Notes: a model not told the origin generated them from the letters alone. Numbered from the stretch's first letter, positions 1 to 9,244 are shown. The stretch: DNA of 64,000 bases from an uncultured Alphaproteobacteria bacterium (GCA_902597015.1 CACJWQ010000001.1:4520-68519); one strand, 5' to 3'. Numbers and translations are program-made.

Positions 1-1340
1 ATGGAATTCTTTACTAAAAGATCATCAAATTTCATATGATTCCTAATAGCTAAAAAGAGGTATAGTAATAATGCATTTACCCATGCACTAATTGCTGTTG
101 CAACAGCAATTCCCATTTCTCTCATTGATCCAATTAAAAGTAGCGATAAGACAACATTAGTAATCACACTGACAATGGATATATAGAGTGGTGTTTTTGT
201 ATCTTCTCTTGCAAAGAAACAGGAAACCAAAACTTTAATTATAATGTAAGCTGGTAGGCCTAAGGCAAAGTAACTTAATACTTTAGCAGTATAAAAAGTA
301 TCTTCTTTTACAAATGCACCTCGCTCAAATAAAATTTGGATAATGGGTTCAGCTAAAATAAATAATCCTATGGCTGATGGTAAAGAAATCAATAACGAAA
401 ATTCAATAGACCTATTTTGAATATTATTTGTTGTTTTTTGATCTGATTGTTTAATCGCCTTTGATAAACTTGGTAAAAGAACTATACCAAGTGCTATTCC
501 AAAAATGGCAAGTGGTAATTGGTTAAGACGATCCGCATAATAAATATGACTGATTGCACCAACGGGTAAGAAAGAAGCAATAATTGTTCCAATAACAATA
601 TTTAATTGAATAACACCTGAACCAACAACGCCGGGTAAAAATAATTTGAAAAACTTTTTTAATTTTTCATTTAAAACTGGAAGGGTAATACGTGGTCGAT
701 AAAAATTTAAAACCGCTTTGTATAAATATAAAAATTGTAAAACTCCTCCTATTAATACACCATACGATAATGCGTGACCTGCAGTAGTTACAAAAGGTGT
801 TAAAAAGAATAATGACAGAATAAAACTTATATTCAAAATGGCAGGAGCAAATGCACCAGCTGCAAAACGTTCATGAACATTATTAATTGAGGCAAAGTGA
901 GCAGCTAAGGAAATAAAAATAATATAGGGGAAAATTATTTTTCCAAAATGCACGGCAAGTTCATAAGCCTCTTTATTATCAGTAAAACCAGGCGCTAAAA
1001 CTTGAATGATATAAGGCATCCCAAAGAAAAAAAGGATCGTTAAAACGACCGTAGCAAAAAGTAACATTGAGGTTGTGTTTTCAACAAAATCAGAAGCCTC
1101 CCGTTCATCTTTTGGATTGAGAACAACACCAGAGAAAACTGGGATTAATGCAGCACTGTATGCTCCTTCTGCTAGGACACGGCGAAAAAAATTAGGAATA
1201 CGAAATGCTACGAAGAAGGCATCAGCAATTACTGTCGATCCAAGATATCTTGCTATTAATATGTCACGAATAAAACCTAATACTCGACTTAAAAGTGTAT
1301 AAAAGCTGACAGTAAAGAATGATCTAAAAAGACTCTTCAT
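1..1340 (-). CDS. murJ: Lipid II flippase MurJ/MviN, 5' part (about 446 codons; 3' end lies beyond the window start)
   Basis: The minus-strand frame starts at ATG (cat at 1338-1340) and has no stop inside the window, which is why it is missing from the ORF track. My translation of the 5' end is MKSLFRSFFTVSFYTLLSRVLGFIRDILIARYLGSTVIADAFFVAFRIPNFFRRVLAEGAYSAALIPVF. This is the conserved MurJ N-terminus (LSRxLGFxRD...DAFFVAFxxPNxxRRxxAEGA). Confidence 0.8.
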   Translation of the reverse strand, partial: MKSLFRSFFTVSFYTLLSRVLGFIRDILIARYLGSTVIADAFFVAFRIPNFFRRVLAEGAYSAALIPVFSGVVLNPKDEREASDFVENTTSMLLFATVVLTILFFFGMPYIIQVLAPGFTDNKEAYELAVHFGKIIFPYIIFISLAAHFASINNVHERFAAGAFAPAILNISFILSLFFLTPFVTTAGHALSYGVLIGGVLQFLYLYKAVLNFYRPRITLPVLNEKLKKFFKLFLPGVVGSGVIQLNIVIGTIIASFLPVGAISHIYYADRLNQLPLAIFGIALGIVLLPSLSKAIKQSDQKTTNNIQNRSIEFSLLISLPSAIGLFILAEPIIQILFERGAFVKEDTFYTAKVLSYFALGLPAYIIIKVLVSCFFAREDTKTPLYISIVSVITNVVLSLLLIGSMREMGIAVATAISAWVNALLLYLFLAIRNHMKFDDLLVKNS

Positions 1341-1524
1341 AAGATAGTTTTATAGTTTGAATAGTGATTTGTATAAGTGAATTTTAGGGCTTAATTATGC
1401 CCAAAGCTATAACCTGCAGAACTTACGGTTCTTATTTTACATATTTCTTACAGAAGTATTATTTTTTTATCATATAAAATAATTATCTTTCGAATCTAAT
1501 TGAAAAAAATATAAGGTTCGTAAA

Positions 1525-2484
1525 ATGGAATTAACTTTAATCTATACAGTTATAGGTTTTGGACTTGCAGCATATTCTGTTATCGCAAACGACTCTGTTC
1601 AAACTCTTGGAACATTTATAGCTTCAAACCAACGCTTTAAATGGTACTGGTTAGCTACTGCTGGCTCTGCTGTACTAGCATTTACACTTATATATGGATG
1701 GACAATTTACGATGGTGATATTACTTTTGGACGTTTAAATAAAATTCCATATCAAACTATTCAGTGGTATCATGCTTGTGCTCCATTAATTTTAGTACTT
1801 CTTACAAGAGGTGGAATTCCAGTATCTACTACTTTCTTAGTTTTGTCTGCTTTTGCATCAACAGTCGTATTAGAAAAAGTTCTGATGAAATCTGTAATTG
1901 GATACGGATTGGCAGCAATGATAGCGTATATGGTTTGGATTGGTGTAAGTTATTTTATAAATGAAAAATTTGATAAAGTTCAAGATAAACACAGAAAACC
2001 ATGGGTAGTAGCTCAATGGTGTACAACTGGTTTTCTTTGGTACACTTGGTTAAGTCATGATATTGCGAATATAGCTGTTTTTCTTCCTCGTGAACTTCCA
2101 GTAAATTTATTAATAGCAATAATTGTTTTATTAAGTGTTCTCTTATTTTATATCTTTTGGGATAGAGGTGGACGCATTCAACGAGTTGTCTATTCAAAAA
2201 CTGGAACACGTTATACTCGTTCAGCAACTATAATTGATTTTGTTTATGCAGTCATTCTACTCTACTTTAAGCAATACAATGATATTCCAATGTCAACTAC
2301 ATGGGTCTTTGTTGGTTTATTATGTGGAAGAGAACTTGCGATTTCTACAATGAACAAAGATTACAAACTTCGCTATGTCTTTCCATTAATTGGAAAAGAT
2401 TTTCTTAAAATGATTTTTGGATTAACAGTATCTGTTGGAATTGTTTTATCAATTCATTATGTTTTGATACCAAACGGTTTTTAA
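1525..2484 (+). CDS. Polytopic membrane protein, divergent PiT/PHO4-superfamily-like (function unproven)
   Basis: 319-aa hydrophobic ORF with two internal halves, each carrying PiT-like signatures. The N-half has IANDSVQTLGTF and GIPVSTTF; the C-half has SHDIANIAVFLP and IPMSTTW. For comparison, the bona fide PiT at 5902 has GANDAANVFGT/GLPVSTTQ and GANNIANVMGV/VPVSSSQ. Confidence 0.55.
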   Translation: MELTLIYTVIGFGLAAYSVIANDSVQTLGTFIASNQRFKWYWLATAGSAVLAFTLIYGWTIYDGDITFGRLNKIPYQTIQWYHACAPLILVLLTRGGIPVSTTFLVLSAFASTVVLEKVLMKSVIGYGLAAMIAYMVWIGVSYFINEKFDKVQDKHRKPWVVAQWCTTGFLWYTWLSHDIANIAVFLPRELPVNLLIAIIVLLSVLLFYIFWDRGGRIQRVVYSKTGTRYTRSATIIDFVYAVILLYFKQYNDIPMSTTWVFVGLLCGRELAISTMNKDYKLRYVFPLIGKDFLKMIFGLTVSVGIVLSIHYVLIPNGF

Positions 2485-2978
2485 AGCTTACCTCTATTCT
2501 TTTTGAGTTCTTTTTTTAATTTAGGCCAATCATTATCGCTTAAAATATAACCCACACAATTTCTAGAACCACACTTACAAATGTGATCCACAAAATCTGT
2601 ATCAAAAGGATAACCATAGTTATAAAAAAGTTCGGCACCTTTTTTTATTCGTTTAATAGATGAGATCCAAATTTCATTATCTATGATGTCTACTTCACAA
2701 TTAGGATTACATGAATGATTAATAAATTTTGCAAAATTATAATCAACATCACCGTCGATGTCGTATCGCTTGTTTAATTCAAAAACATAGACCATGCCGT
2801 TATTTTTATCTTTTTTTGCTTTGCGGATTTGTTTATCTGCTCTTTTGTCACCCTCTCTTTTAGTAACTTTATCACCAATATATTGGATTACTTTCTGGCC
2901 TTTTTTAATATTAGTTTTTGCAAATAATCCAGACCCGTGAAGGGGTGATTTTTTTTTAAACCAAATTTTCTGCGTCAT
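2481..2978 (-). CDS. SET-domain protein (putative protein-lysine methyltransferase) with post-SET Cys cluster
   Basis: SET core motifs are present: GSGLFA, NHSCNPNC, ELFYNYG. A post-SET cluster CKCGSRNC follows. The ORF-track start at 3101 adds an implausible Y/I-rich 41-aa leader, so I chose the ATG at 2976-2978 (MTQKIWFKKKSPLHGSG). Confidence 0.8.
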   Translation of the reverse strand: MTQKIWFKKKSPLHGSGLFAKTNIKKGQKVIQYIGDKVTKREGDKRADKQIRKAKKDKNNGMVYVFELNKRYDIDGDVDYNFAKFINHSCNPNCEVDIIDNEIWISSIKRIKKGAELFYNYGYPFDTDFVDHICKCGSRNCVGYILSDNDWPKLKKELKKNRGKL

Positions 2979-3064
2979 ACTGTTATTTTTATACAATACA
3001 CACATATAATAATAAATTGTATTATAAAATGATACTTTTATGTATAAGAGCAATTCTTTAATTA

Positions 3065-3877
3065 ATGAAATTTGATAATAATAAAAAATTTTACCGCACA
3101 ATTTGGATTTCGGATACCCATCTAGGAACTAGTGGTTGTAAAAGCAAAATGCTTTTAGAATTCTTAGAAGAAACAGATTCAGAATATTTATTTTTAGTAG
3201 GCGACATTGTTGATGGTTGGCGCATGCGTAAGAAAATGTATTGGCCACAAGAACATAACGACGTGGTTCAAAAAGTTTTAAAGAAAGCGAAAAATGGAAC
3301 TAAAGTAGTGCTTATTCCAGGAAATCATGATGAAGTATTAAAAGATTTTACAAATTTTTCTTTTGGTGAAATTTCAATCAAAAATGAAGATACGCATCAA
3401 TTAGCTGATGGTAGGAAAGTACTGATTACACATGGAGATGAATTTGATGCTGTGATTATTAATGCAAGATGGTTAGCCAAAGTTGGATCAGCGCTTTATG
3501 AATATTTACTAAAGTTAAATAATATATTTAATTTTATTCGACGAAAAATGGGCTTGTCATACTGGTCATTATCTCAATATTTAAAAAAGAAAACAAAGCA
3601 TGCAACGAACTTTATTAGTAATTTTGAGTTTGCTGTATCTGATAGGGGAAGAAGAGAAAATGCCGATGTTGTTGTATGTGGGCATATACATAGACCAGAG
3701 ATAAAAGAATTAAATGGCGTTCTCTATTGTAATGATGGTGACTGGATAGAAAGTTGTACAGCACTCGTTGAAGATAAAGTTGGAAATTTATCAATTCTTA
3801 ATTGGCCCGAAGAAAGAGAAAAATTAAAATTAATTTCTTTAGAAGAAAGACGAAAAATAAAAGAGGATGCAGCCTAA
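3065..3877 (+). CDS. plcP: Metallophosphoesterase of the LpxH/PlcP family (phospholipase C for P-starvation lipid remodelling)
   Basis: Calcineurin-like motifs are present: ISDTHLG, VGDIVDG, PGNHDE, THGDEFD, CGHIHRP. The gene overlaps the downstream GT4 glycosyltransferase by 11 nt. This is the plcP-agt arrangement described for marine Alphaproteobacteria including SAR11. Confidence 0.75.
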   Translation: MKFDNNKKFYRTIWISDTHLGTSGCKSKMLLEFLEETDSEYLFLVGDIVDGWRMRKKMYWPQEHNDVVQKVLKKAKNGTKVVLIPGNHDEVLKDFTNFSFGEISIKNEDTHQLADGRKVLITHGDEFDAVIINARWLAKVGSALYEYLLKLNNIFNFIRRKMGLSYWSLSQYLKKKTKHATNFISNFEFAVSDRGRRENADVVVCGHIHRPEIKELNGVLYCNDGDWIESCTALVEDKVGNLSILNWPEEREKLKLISLEERRKIKEDAA

Positions 3878-4874
3878 AAAAATCGCGTTAATTAGTGATG
3901 CGTGGTTTCCTCAGGTAAATGGCGTAGTTACGACATTTCAAAGCGTTATACCTCTCCTAGAAAAAAAAGGTTTTGAAATTAAAATATTACATCCTGAAAT
4001 GTTTAATAATTTTAGTTATCCTTGGTACAAAGAAATTAAAATTTCTTTCAATACTAAAAAAATTACAGAAAAATTTTTTAAAGAATTTAATCCAGATATT
4101 GTTCATATAATGACTGAAGGTCCAGTAGGTTTTGCTGGTCGTAAATACTGTCTTAAAAATAAACTACGATACACTTCTTCTTTTCACACCCGTTTTCCTG
4201 ATTATATTAAACAGAGAGCTTATATTCCTAAAAGTTTAACATATTCAATATTAAGAAGACTTCATGATAATTCTATAAATGTACTTGTTCCATCACTTTC
4301 CATGGTCGAAGAATTAGAGCGGTATAATTTCAAAAATTTAAAAGTATGGAATAGAGGAGTTGATACTGAATTATTCAACCCAAATAAAAGAAATAGAAAT
4401 GATAATGACATTCAACTGACATATGTTGGAAGAGTTGCTATTGAAAAAAATATTGAAGAATTTTTAAAACTAAAAGGAAATTATAATAAAACAGTTGTAG
4501 GTGATGGTCCTGAATTACAAAAATATATAAAAAAATATCCTGACGTAAATTTTGTTGGATTGAAACGAGGTAATGAACTTGCAGAATATTATGCGAATGC
4601 GGATGTATTTGTTTTCCCATCTAAAACGGATACTTTAGGGAATGTAATACTTGAGGCTCTTGCTTGCGGAACACCAATTGCTGCATTTCCTGTTACTGGA
4701 CCAAAAGATATTCTAAAAGATTCTAAAATATATACACTTGATGATAGACTAAATAATTCAGTAGAAAAAGCTCTTAAAGTGAATAGAAATGATTGTCGTG
4801 AATTTGCTATGAAATTTACGTGGGAAGATTGCGCTAATGAATTTTTAGATTCACAAATTGATTCTAAAAATTAA
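3867..4874 (+). CDS. agt: GT4-family glycosyltransferase (glucosyl/glucuronosyl-diacylglycerol synthase Agt-like)
   Basis: GT-B signatures are present: N-terminal ALISDAWFPQVNGVV and C-terminal ADVFVFPSKTDTLGNVILEALACGTPI. It appears translationally coupled to plcP. Confidence 0.75.
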   Translation: MQPKKIALISDAWFPQVNGVVTTFQSVIPLLEKKGFEIKILHPEMFNNFSYPWYKEIKISFNTKKITEKFFKEFNPDIVHIMTEGPVGFAGRKYCLKNKLRYTSSFHTRFPDYIKQRAYIPKSLTYSILRRLHDNSINVLVPSLSMVEELERYNFKNLKVWNRGVDTELFNPNKRNRNDNDIQLTYVGRVAIEKNIEEFLKLKGNYNKTVVGDGPELQKYIKKYPDVNFVGLKRGNELAEYYANADVFVFPSKTDTLGNVILEALACGTPIAAFPVTGPKDILKDSKIYTLDDRLNNSVEKALKVNRNDCREFAMKFTWEDCANEFLDSQIDSKN

Positions 4875-4882
4875 TAACTTTT

Positions 4883-5110
4883 CTAAACAAATAAATAGAC
4901 GTACCCAAAAAGAAAAAGAGGTAGTTGTAATCCAAAGTTTGTTAATAACGCTTTATCTCTTGTCATATAACCAACCACTGACCAACCAACTGCACCTGTT
5001 CCATGTATAATAATATTATATGGATATGCATTTAAGTTAGTTAATAATATTCCTGACAAGATTAAAAAGGTACTAAACCACTTAATTCTATTAATTGATA
5101 TATCTGTCAT
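4883..5110 (-). CDS. Small (75 aa) hydrophobic membrane protein, no family recognised
   Basis: The ORF has 2-3 hydrophobic spans. A strong Shine-Dalgarno sits on the minus strand (gaatttAGGAGttttATG). Confidence 0.5.
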   Translation of the reverse strand: MTDISINRIKWFSTFLILSGILLTNLNAYPYNIIIHGTGAVGWSVVGYMTRDKALLTNFGLQLPLFLFGYVYLFV

Positions 5111-5232
5111 AAAACTCCTAAATTCTGAAAATTTTCATTAATATATGTATCCTAAAGATAAAGATATTAATCAAATTGTAACGAATTTTTAACATTTCTT
5201 TATTTTTTTTTGAAAAGTTCTATAAGCACGCC

Positions 5233-5895
5233 ATGTTTGGACTAAAAAGTGCATCTTTATTTGGTGATACCAAGAAACTTGAAAGAGAAATTGATGAGTT
5301 TGTCGATATTGTCTCTGAAGTAGGTTTAGTATTCAAATCGATAGTTCCAACTTATCTCAATCATTCTGCCAACGGTAAATTTGAGGAAATGGTTGAAAAA
5401 GTAAAAGACATGGAAAGTAAGGCCGACAAAATTACGAAAGATGTTGAGCATACTCTTTATGAAGAAACACTAATCCCAGATGCAAGAAGTGATGTGTTAC
5501 GACTTCTAGAACACATCGACGAATTAATTGGAATGTACCAAGGGAATTGTTATCACTTCTCTATTCAAAAACCTAATTTTCCAAAAGAGTTTCACCAAGA
5601 TTTAATTGAGTTAACAGAGACTGTTGTAAATTGTGTTGAATCATTATGTTTAACCGTAAGATCATTTTTTAGAGATATTAAATCTGTTAGAGATAATGCA
5701 CATAAAGTTACATTTTATGAAAAAGAATCTGATATAAAATTTAGTTCTCTTGCAAGAAGAATTTTTGACTCTGAATTACCTCTAGATCAAAAAATGCATC
5801 TTCGATATTTTGTAGAGAAGATTGATCGTATTTGTGATCAAGCAGAAGACATAGCTGACGAGGTTCAAATTTACGCTATTAAACGTTCAGTTTAA
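5233..5895 (+). CDS. DUF47 / PhoU-like phosphate-transport regulator (YkaA/TIGR00153-type)
   Basis: 220-aa helical protein ending 6 nt upstream of a PiT gene, the widely conserved DUF47-PiT pair. Confidence 0.8.
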   Translation: MFGLKSASLFGDTKKLEREIDEFVDIVSEVGLVFKSIVPTYLNHSANGKFEEMVEKVKDMESKADKITKDVEHTLYEETLIPDARSDVLRLLEHIDELIGMYQGNCYHFSIQKPNFPKEFHQDLIELTETVVNCVESLCLTVRSFFRDIKSVRDNAHKVTFYEKESDIKFSSLARRIFDSELPLDQKMHLRYFVEKIDRICDQAEDIADEVQIYAIKRSV

Positions 5896-5901
5896 TTTTC
5901 A

Positions 5902-6954
5902 ATGGAAATTACAATTCTAATTTTTTTATTTGGTGGTCTTTTTTTAGGTTGGTCACTTGGCGCCAATGATGCAGCAAATGTTTTTGGAACTGCAGTTGGA
6001 ACACGAATGGTTAGTTTCACAAGTGCAGCAATAATTTGTAGTGTCTTTGTCATTCTAGGTGCAATTATTAGCGGAGCAGGCACAACAGAAACTTTAGGTA
6101 AGTTAGGTGCTATTAATGCATTGCCTGGTGCTTTTGCAGCATGTGTGGCTGCGGGAATATCTGTATATTTAATGACCAAAGTTGGCTTGCCTGTTTCAAC
6201 AACGCAAGCGATTGTTGGAGCAATTGTTGGTTGGAATTTATACACGGGATCTTCAACTAATCTTCAAGTTTTAATTACTATTTTAGGAACATGGATACTC
6301 TGTCCTATAATTGCAGGAGTTATTGCAATGGGTTTATTTACTTTTACAAAAAGAGTTATACTCAATAGAAAGTTACATATTCTCAGACTTGATGCGTATA
6401 CAAGAACAGCTTTACTTTTAGCGGGTGCTTTTGGTGCTTATAGTTTAGGCGCAAACAATATTGCTAATGTAATGGGTGTCTTCGTACCTATATCACCGTT
6501 TACTGATGTTACTATTGGAAATTTATTTGTCTTTTCTTCAAAAGAACAATTATTTCTGCTGGGTGGTTTAGCAATAGCTGTTGGTGTTTTTACTTACTCG
6601 AAAAGAGTTATGTTTACCGTGGGTAATGATCTCTTAAAAATGACACCAGTGGCAGCATTTATTGTTGTTATATCGCATTCTATTGTTTTATTTTTATTTG
6701 CATCCCAGGGTATAAGTGCTTTTTTACAATCTATAAATCTTCCCTCTATACCTTTGGTACCAGTATCAAGTTCCCAAGCTGTTGTTGGTGGCGTAATTGG
6801 AATTGGTCTTTTAAAAGGAGGAAAAGAGGTTCAATGGTCAATTGCGGGTAGAATTTCTTTGGGTTGGATGACGCTACCTATAATTGCAGCTTTAATTTCT
6901 TTAATTGTTTTATTTATTCTAGAAAATATTTTTAATTTAACGGTCTCTTTTTAA
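5902..6954 (+). CDS. pit: Inorganic phosphate transporter, PiT family
   Basis: Duplicated PiT signatures are present: GANDAANVFGTAVGT with GLPVSTTQAIVGA, and GANNIANVMGV with VPVSSSQAVVGG. About 10 TM segments. Confidence 0.9.
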   Translation: MEITILIFLFGGLFLGWSLGANDAANVFGTAVGTRMVSFTSAAIICSVFVILGAIISGAGTTETLGKLGAINALPGAFAACVAAGISVYLMTKVGLPVSTTQAIVGAIVGWNLYTGSSTNLQVLITILGTWILCPIIAGVIAMGLFTFTKRVILNRKLHILRLDAYTRTALLLAGAFGAYSLGANNIANVMGVFVPISPFTDVTIGNLFVFSSKEQLFLLGGLAIAVGVFTYSKRVMFTVGNDLLKMTPVAAFIVVISHSIVLFLFASQGISAFLQSINLPSIPLVPVSSSQAVVGGVIGIGLLKGGKEVQWSIAGRISLGWMTLPIIAALISLIVLFILENIFNLTVSF

Positions 6955-7475
6955 TTAACTGCTCGATAAGAAAAAATAAAATCTTCTTGGATTTTTGACT
7001 CAATAGCTCCTTTTCTTCTTGATCGTACTAGATCAATAGCTTCTTGTTTTTCATAATTAAATTCAACAAGTAAAATCGCAGCTATAGTGCCAGCTCTTCC
7101 TTTTCCTCCACGGCAATGTAAAACTATATTTTTACCATCTATCAATTCGTTCTTTAATAAAACTTTTGTTGTTTCCCATTTATATTTAAAATCTTTATCT
7201 GGTGCTCCCATGTCATAAATGGGTAAATGGTACCAAAGTAATTTATGTTCATAAATATTTTTGACAAACAAAGTTTTATCACACAATTTTTCAAATTCGC
7301 TATCTTCAACAAAAGAAGTAATAGAACTACAATTATTATTTTTAAATATTTCTAATTCGTTTTCTAAAATTGTTTCTTCAAATAAACCATTAGAGTTAAG
7401 GCCTGGAAAAGAAGTTAATATAATTTTGCCTGCAAATGACTTAGAGTCAATAAAATCATAATTGCTAAATTGCAT
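6951..7475 (-). CDS. Cysteine-dependent (dual-specificity/PTP-like) phosphatase
   Basis: C-x5-R P-loop HCRGGKGRAGT, with an upstream YDMGAPD (general-acid Asp region). No signal peptide. Confidence 0.75.
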   Translation of the reverse strand: MQFSNYDFIDSKSFAGKIILTSFPGLNSNGLFEETILENELEIFKNNNCSSITSFVEDSEFEKLCDKTLFVKNIYEHKLLWYHLPIYDMGAPDKDFKYKWETTKVLLKNELIDGKNIVLHCRGGKGRAGTIAAILLVEFNYEKQEAIDLVRSRRKGAIESKIQEDFIFSYRAVN

Positions 7476-8051
7476 TTACGCTTGTTTAGCTAAAAAAGAC
7501 TGTCTTGCTTCTTCTAAATAGGAACGGAAATGTTCAACATCGGGAGTTTTTTTATCTAGAACTTTTGCTAAATCATCAAATCTTCTAAGCTCTACTGCTT
7601 CATCCATAAAAGGTTTGCTGATAAACGCATCTGCTTCTTCTTTTGTGAAAGGACCACCTTGAACTTTTAACGAAAGTTTCGATGCTTCTGATAGGCTATC
7701 ATAATAACCCTCTTCAACACTTGATAAATATCTTTTTGAATCAACATGTGCTCTAATTGGTAAAATAACATCTTCACCAAAATATTTTTTTAAAAAATCA
7801 GCACCTAAGTTTTCATGATGACCATCTTTCCCTTCATGAATGGGATCGCCGTCCTTATAGATAAGGTGGCCAACATCATGCAGTAATGCTGCAGCAATTG
7901 TTGGTCCTGGTAATTTATGTTTTTCAGCAAGTTCAGCACATTGGAGTGCGTGCTCAAGCTGGGTCACATCCTCATTACCATATTGAATATCAGCACCTTT
8001 TGTTTTCAAAAGATCTAAGAGATAATCTACAATATTTTCTTCCATTCTCAT
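7476..8051 (-). CDS. phnZ: HD-domain protein of the PhnZ family (phosphonate-cleaving diiron oxygenase-like)
   Basis: Motifs LEHALQCAELA, AALLHDVGH, HHENLGADFL, RAHVDSKRYL and SLKVQGGPF are present. They are colinear with the PhnZ motifs as I recall them (QLEHSLQCA, ALLHDLGH, HEKVGADYL, HVAAKRYL, YQGGPM). The gene is divergent from phnW. Confidence 0.65.
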   Translation of the reverse strand: MRMEENIVDYLLDLLKTKGADIQYGNEDVTQLEHALQCAELAEKHKLPGPTIAAALLHDVGHLIYKDGDPIHEGKDGHHENLGADFLKKYFGEDVILPIRAHVDSKRYLSSVEEGYYDSLSEASKLSLKVQGGPFTKEEADAFISKPFMDEAVELRRFDDLAKVLDKKTPDVEHFRSYLEEARQSFLAKQA

Positions 8052-8139
8052 TTATAATTAACTTATTAGAAAATAAATTCAATTACAACTTTAATAAGAT
8101 TGATCAAATTTATAATAATATTTATTAAGTAAATATTTA

Positions 8140-9237
8140 ATGGATAAAAAATTATTAACCCCTGGGCCTCTCACGACATCGATGTCAACAAAAGAGGCTA
8201 TGCTTCATGATTGGGGTTCGAGAGATACAAAATTTATTGATCTCAATGCATCAATTAGAGATTCCCTTGTTAAATTAATAGATGGTGAAGATAAATATCA
8301 ATGTGTTCCAATGCAGGGAAGTGGAACTTTTGCTGTAGAGTCGATGGTGAGCTCTCTTACTCAAAAAGATTCTAAAATTCTGATTCTGATCAATGGTGCT
8401 TACGGACAAAGAATGAAAAAAATGTGCACATATTTAGGGAGAGATTTTATTGAATATGAAGTTGCTGAACATGAAGTTCATGACATCAATAAAATTGAAG
8501 AGTTAATTGATAGCAACAACTTAACACACGTCTTTGCCGTATATTGTGAAACAACATCGGGTATTTTAAATCCTATTGAAGACATTGCAAAATTGGTTGA
8601 AAAGAAAAATTTATCGTTATTCATCGATGCAATGAGTGCCTTTGGTGCATTACCTTTAAGTTCTAAAATAATTAATTTTGATGCTGTAGCCGCTTCATCA
8701 AACAAATGCTTAGAAGGTGTGCCAGGTGTTGGTTTCATTCTTGTTAAAAATGAAGTTATTCAAAATGCAAAAGGCAATAGTCACTCACTAAGTCTAGACT
8801 TATATGATCAATGGCAAGCAATGGAAAAAAATAAACAATGGCGATTTACACCTCCTACACACGTATTGGCTGCATTCAATCAAGCGATTGAGGAACATAA
8901 ACAACAAGGTGGTGTAGAGGGAAGAGGTAAAAGATATAAAAAAAATTGTCAAATTATTTGTAATGGAATGAAAGAGTTGGGATTTGAGCAACTACTTCCT
9001 GATAATTTGCAAGCACCAATTATTATTACGTTTAAACAACCTAATGATCCTAAGTTTAACTTTGAGAAATTTTATAATGCTCTTAGTGAAAAAGATTTTT
9101 TAATTTATCCAGGAAAACTAACAGTGGCAGAAACTTTTAGAATTGGGTGTATTGGTAATTTAGATGAACAAGACATGATGGATACAATAAAAGCTGTAAA
9201 AGAAGTCGTTACTGAATTGGGATTAACATTAAACTAA
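8140..9237 (+). CDS. phnW: 2-aminoethylphosphonate:pyruvate aminotransferase
   Basis: Class-V aminotransferase of 365 aa with the PhnW-type N-terminus LLTPGPLTTSMSTKEAMLHDWGSRDTKF. A PLP-Lys region lies around SSNKCLEGVPG. Confidence 0.85.
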   Translation: MDKKLLTPGPLTTSMSTKEAMLHDWGSRDTKFIDLNASIRDSLVKLIDGEDKYQCVPMQGSGTFAVESMVSSLTQKDSKILILINGAYGQRMKKMCTYLGRDFIEYEVAEHEVHDINKIEELIDSNNLTHVFAVYCETTSGILNPIEDIAKLVEKKNLSLFIDAMSAFGALPLSSKIINFDAVAASSNKCLEGVPGVGFILVKNEVIQNAKGNSHSLSLDLYDQWQAMEKNKQWRFTPPTHVLAAFNQAIEEHKQQGGVEGRGKRYKKNCQIICNGMKELGFEQLLPDNLQAPIIITFKQPNDPKFNFEKFYNALSEKDFLIYPGKLTVAETFRIGCIGNLDEQDMMDTIKAVKEVVTELGLTLN

Positions 9238-9244
9238 CAAAATA

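Noticed and set aside
1075-1302. 75-aa plus-strand ORF near the window start
   Set aside because: It lies inside and antisense to the murJ coding region, whose minus-strand translation matches the conserved MurJ N-terminus.
2979-3101. N-terminal 41-aa extension of the SET-domain ORF as given in the track
   Set aside because: The extension (MCGKIFYYYQISLIKELLLYIKVSFYNTIYYYMCVLYKNNS) is Y/I-rich promoter-like sequence that would overlap the plcP start. The internal ATG at 2976-2978 gives a normal SET N-terminus.
5104-5110. Perfect CTGTCAT heptamer (Pho-box half-site) near the pit promoter
   Set aside because: It is the start-codon region (ATGACAG on the minus strand) of the 75-aa membrane-protein ORF. 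There is no second repeat at 11-bp spacing.
5892-6245. 117-aa minus-strand ORF overlapping the PiT gene
   Set aside because: It is antisense to a clearly homologous PiT transporter. Its A/P/T/I-rich translation mirrors the Gly/Ala-rich sense codons.
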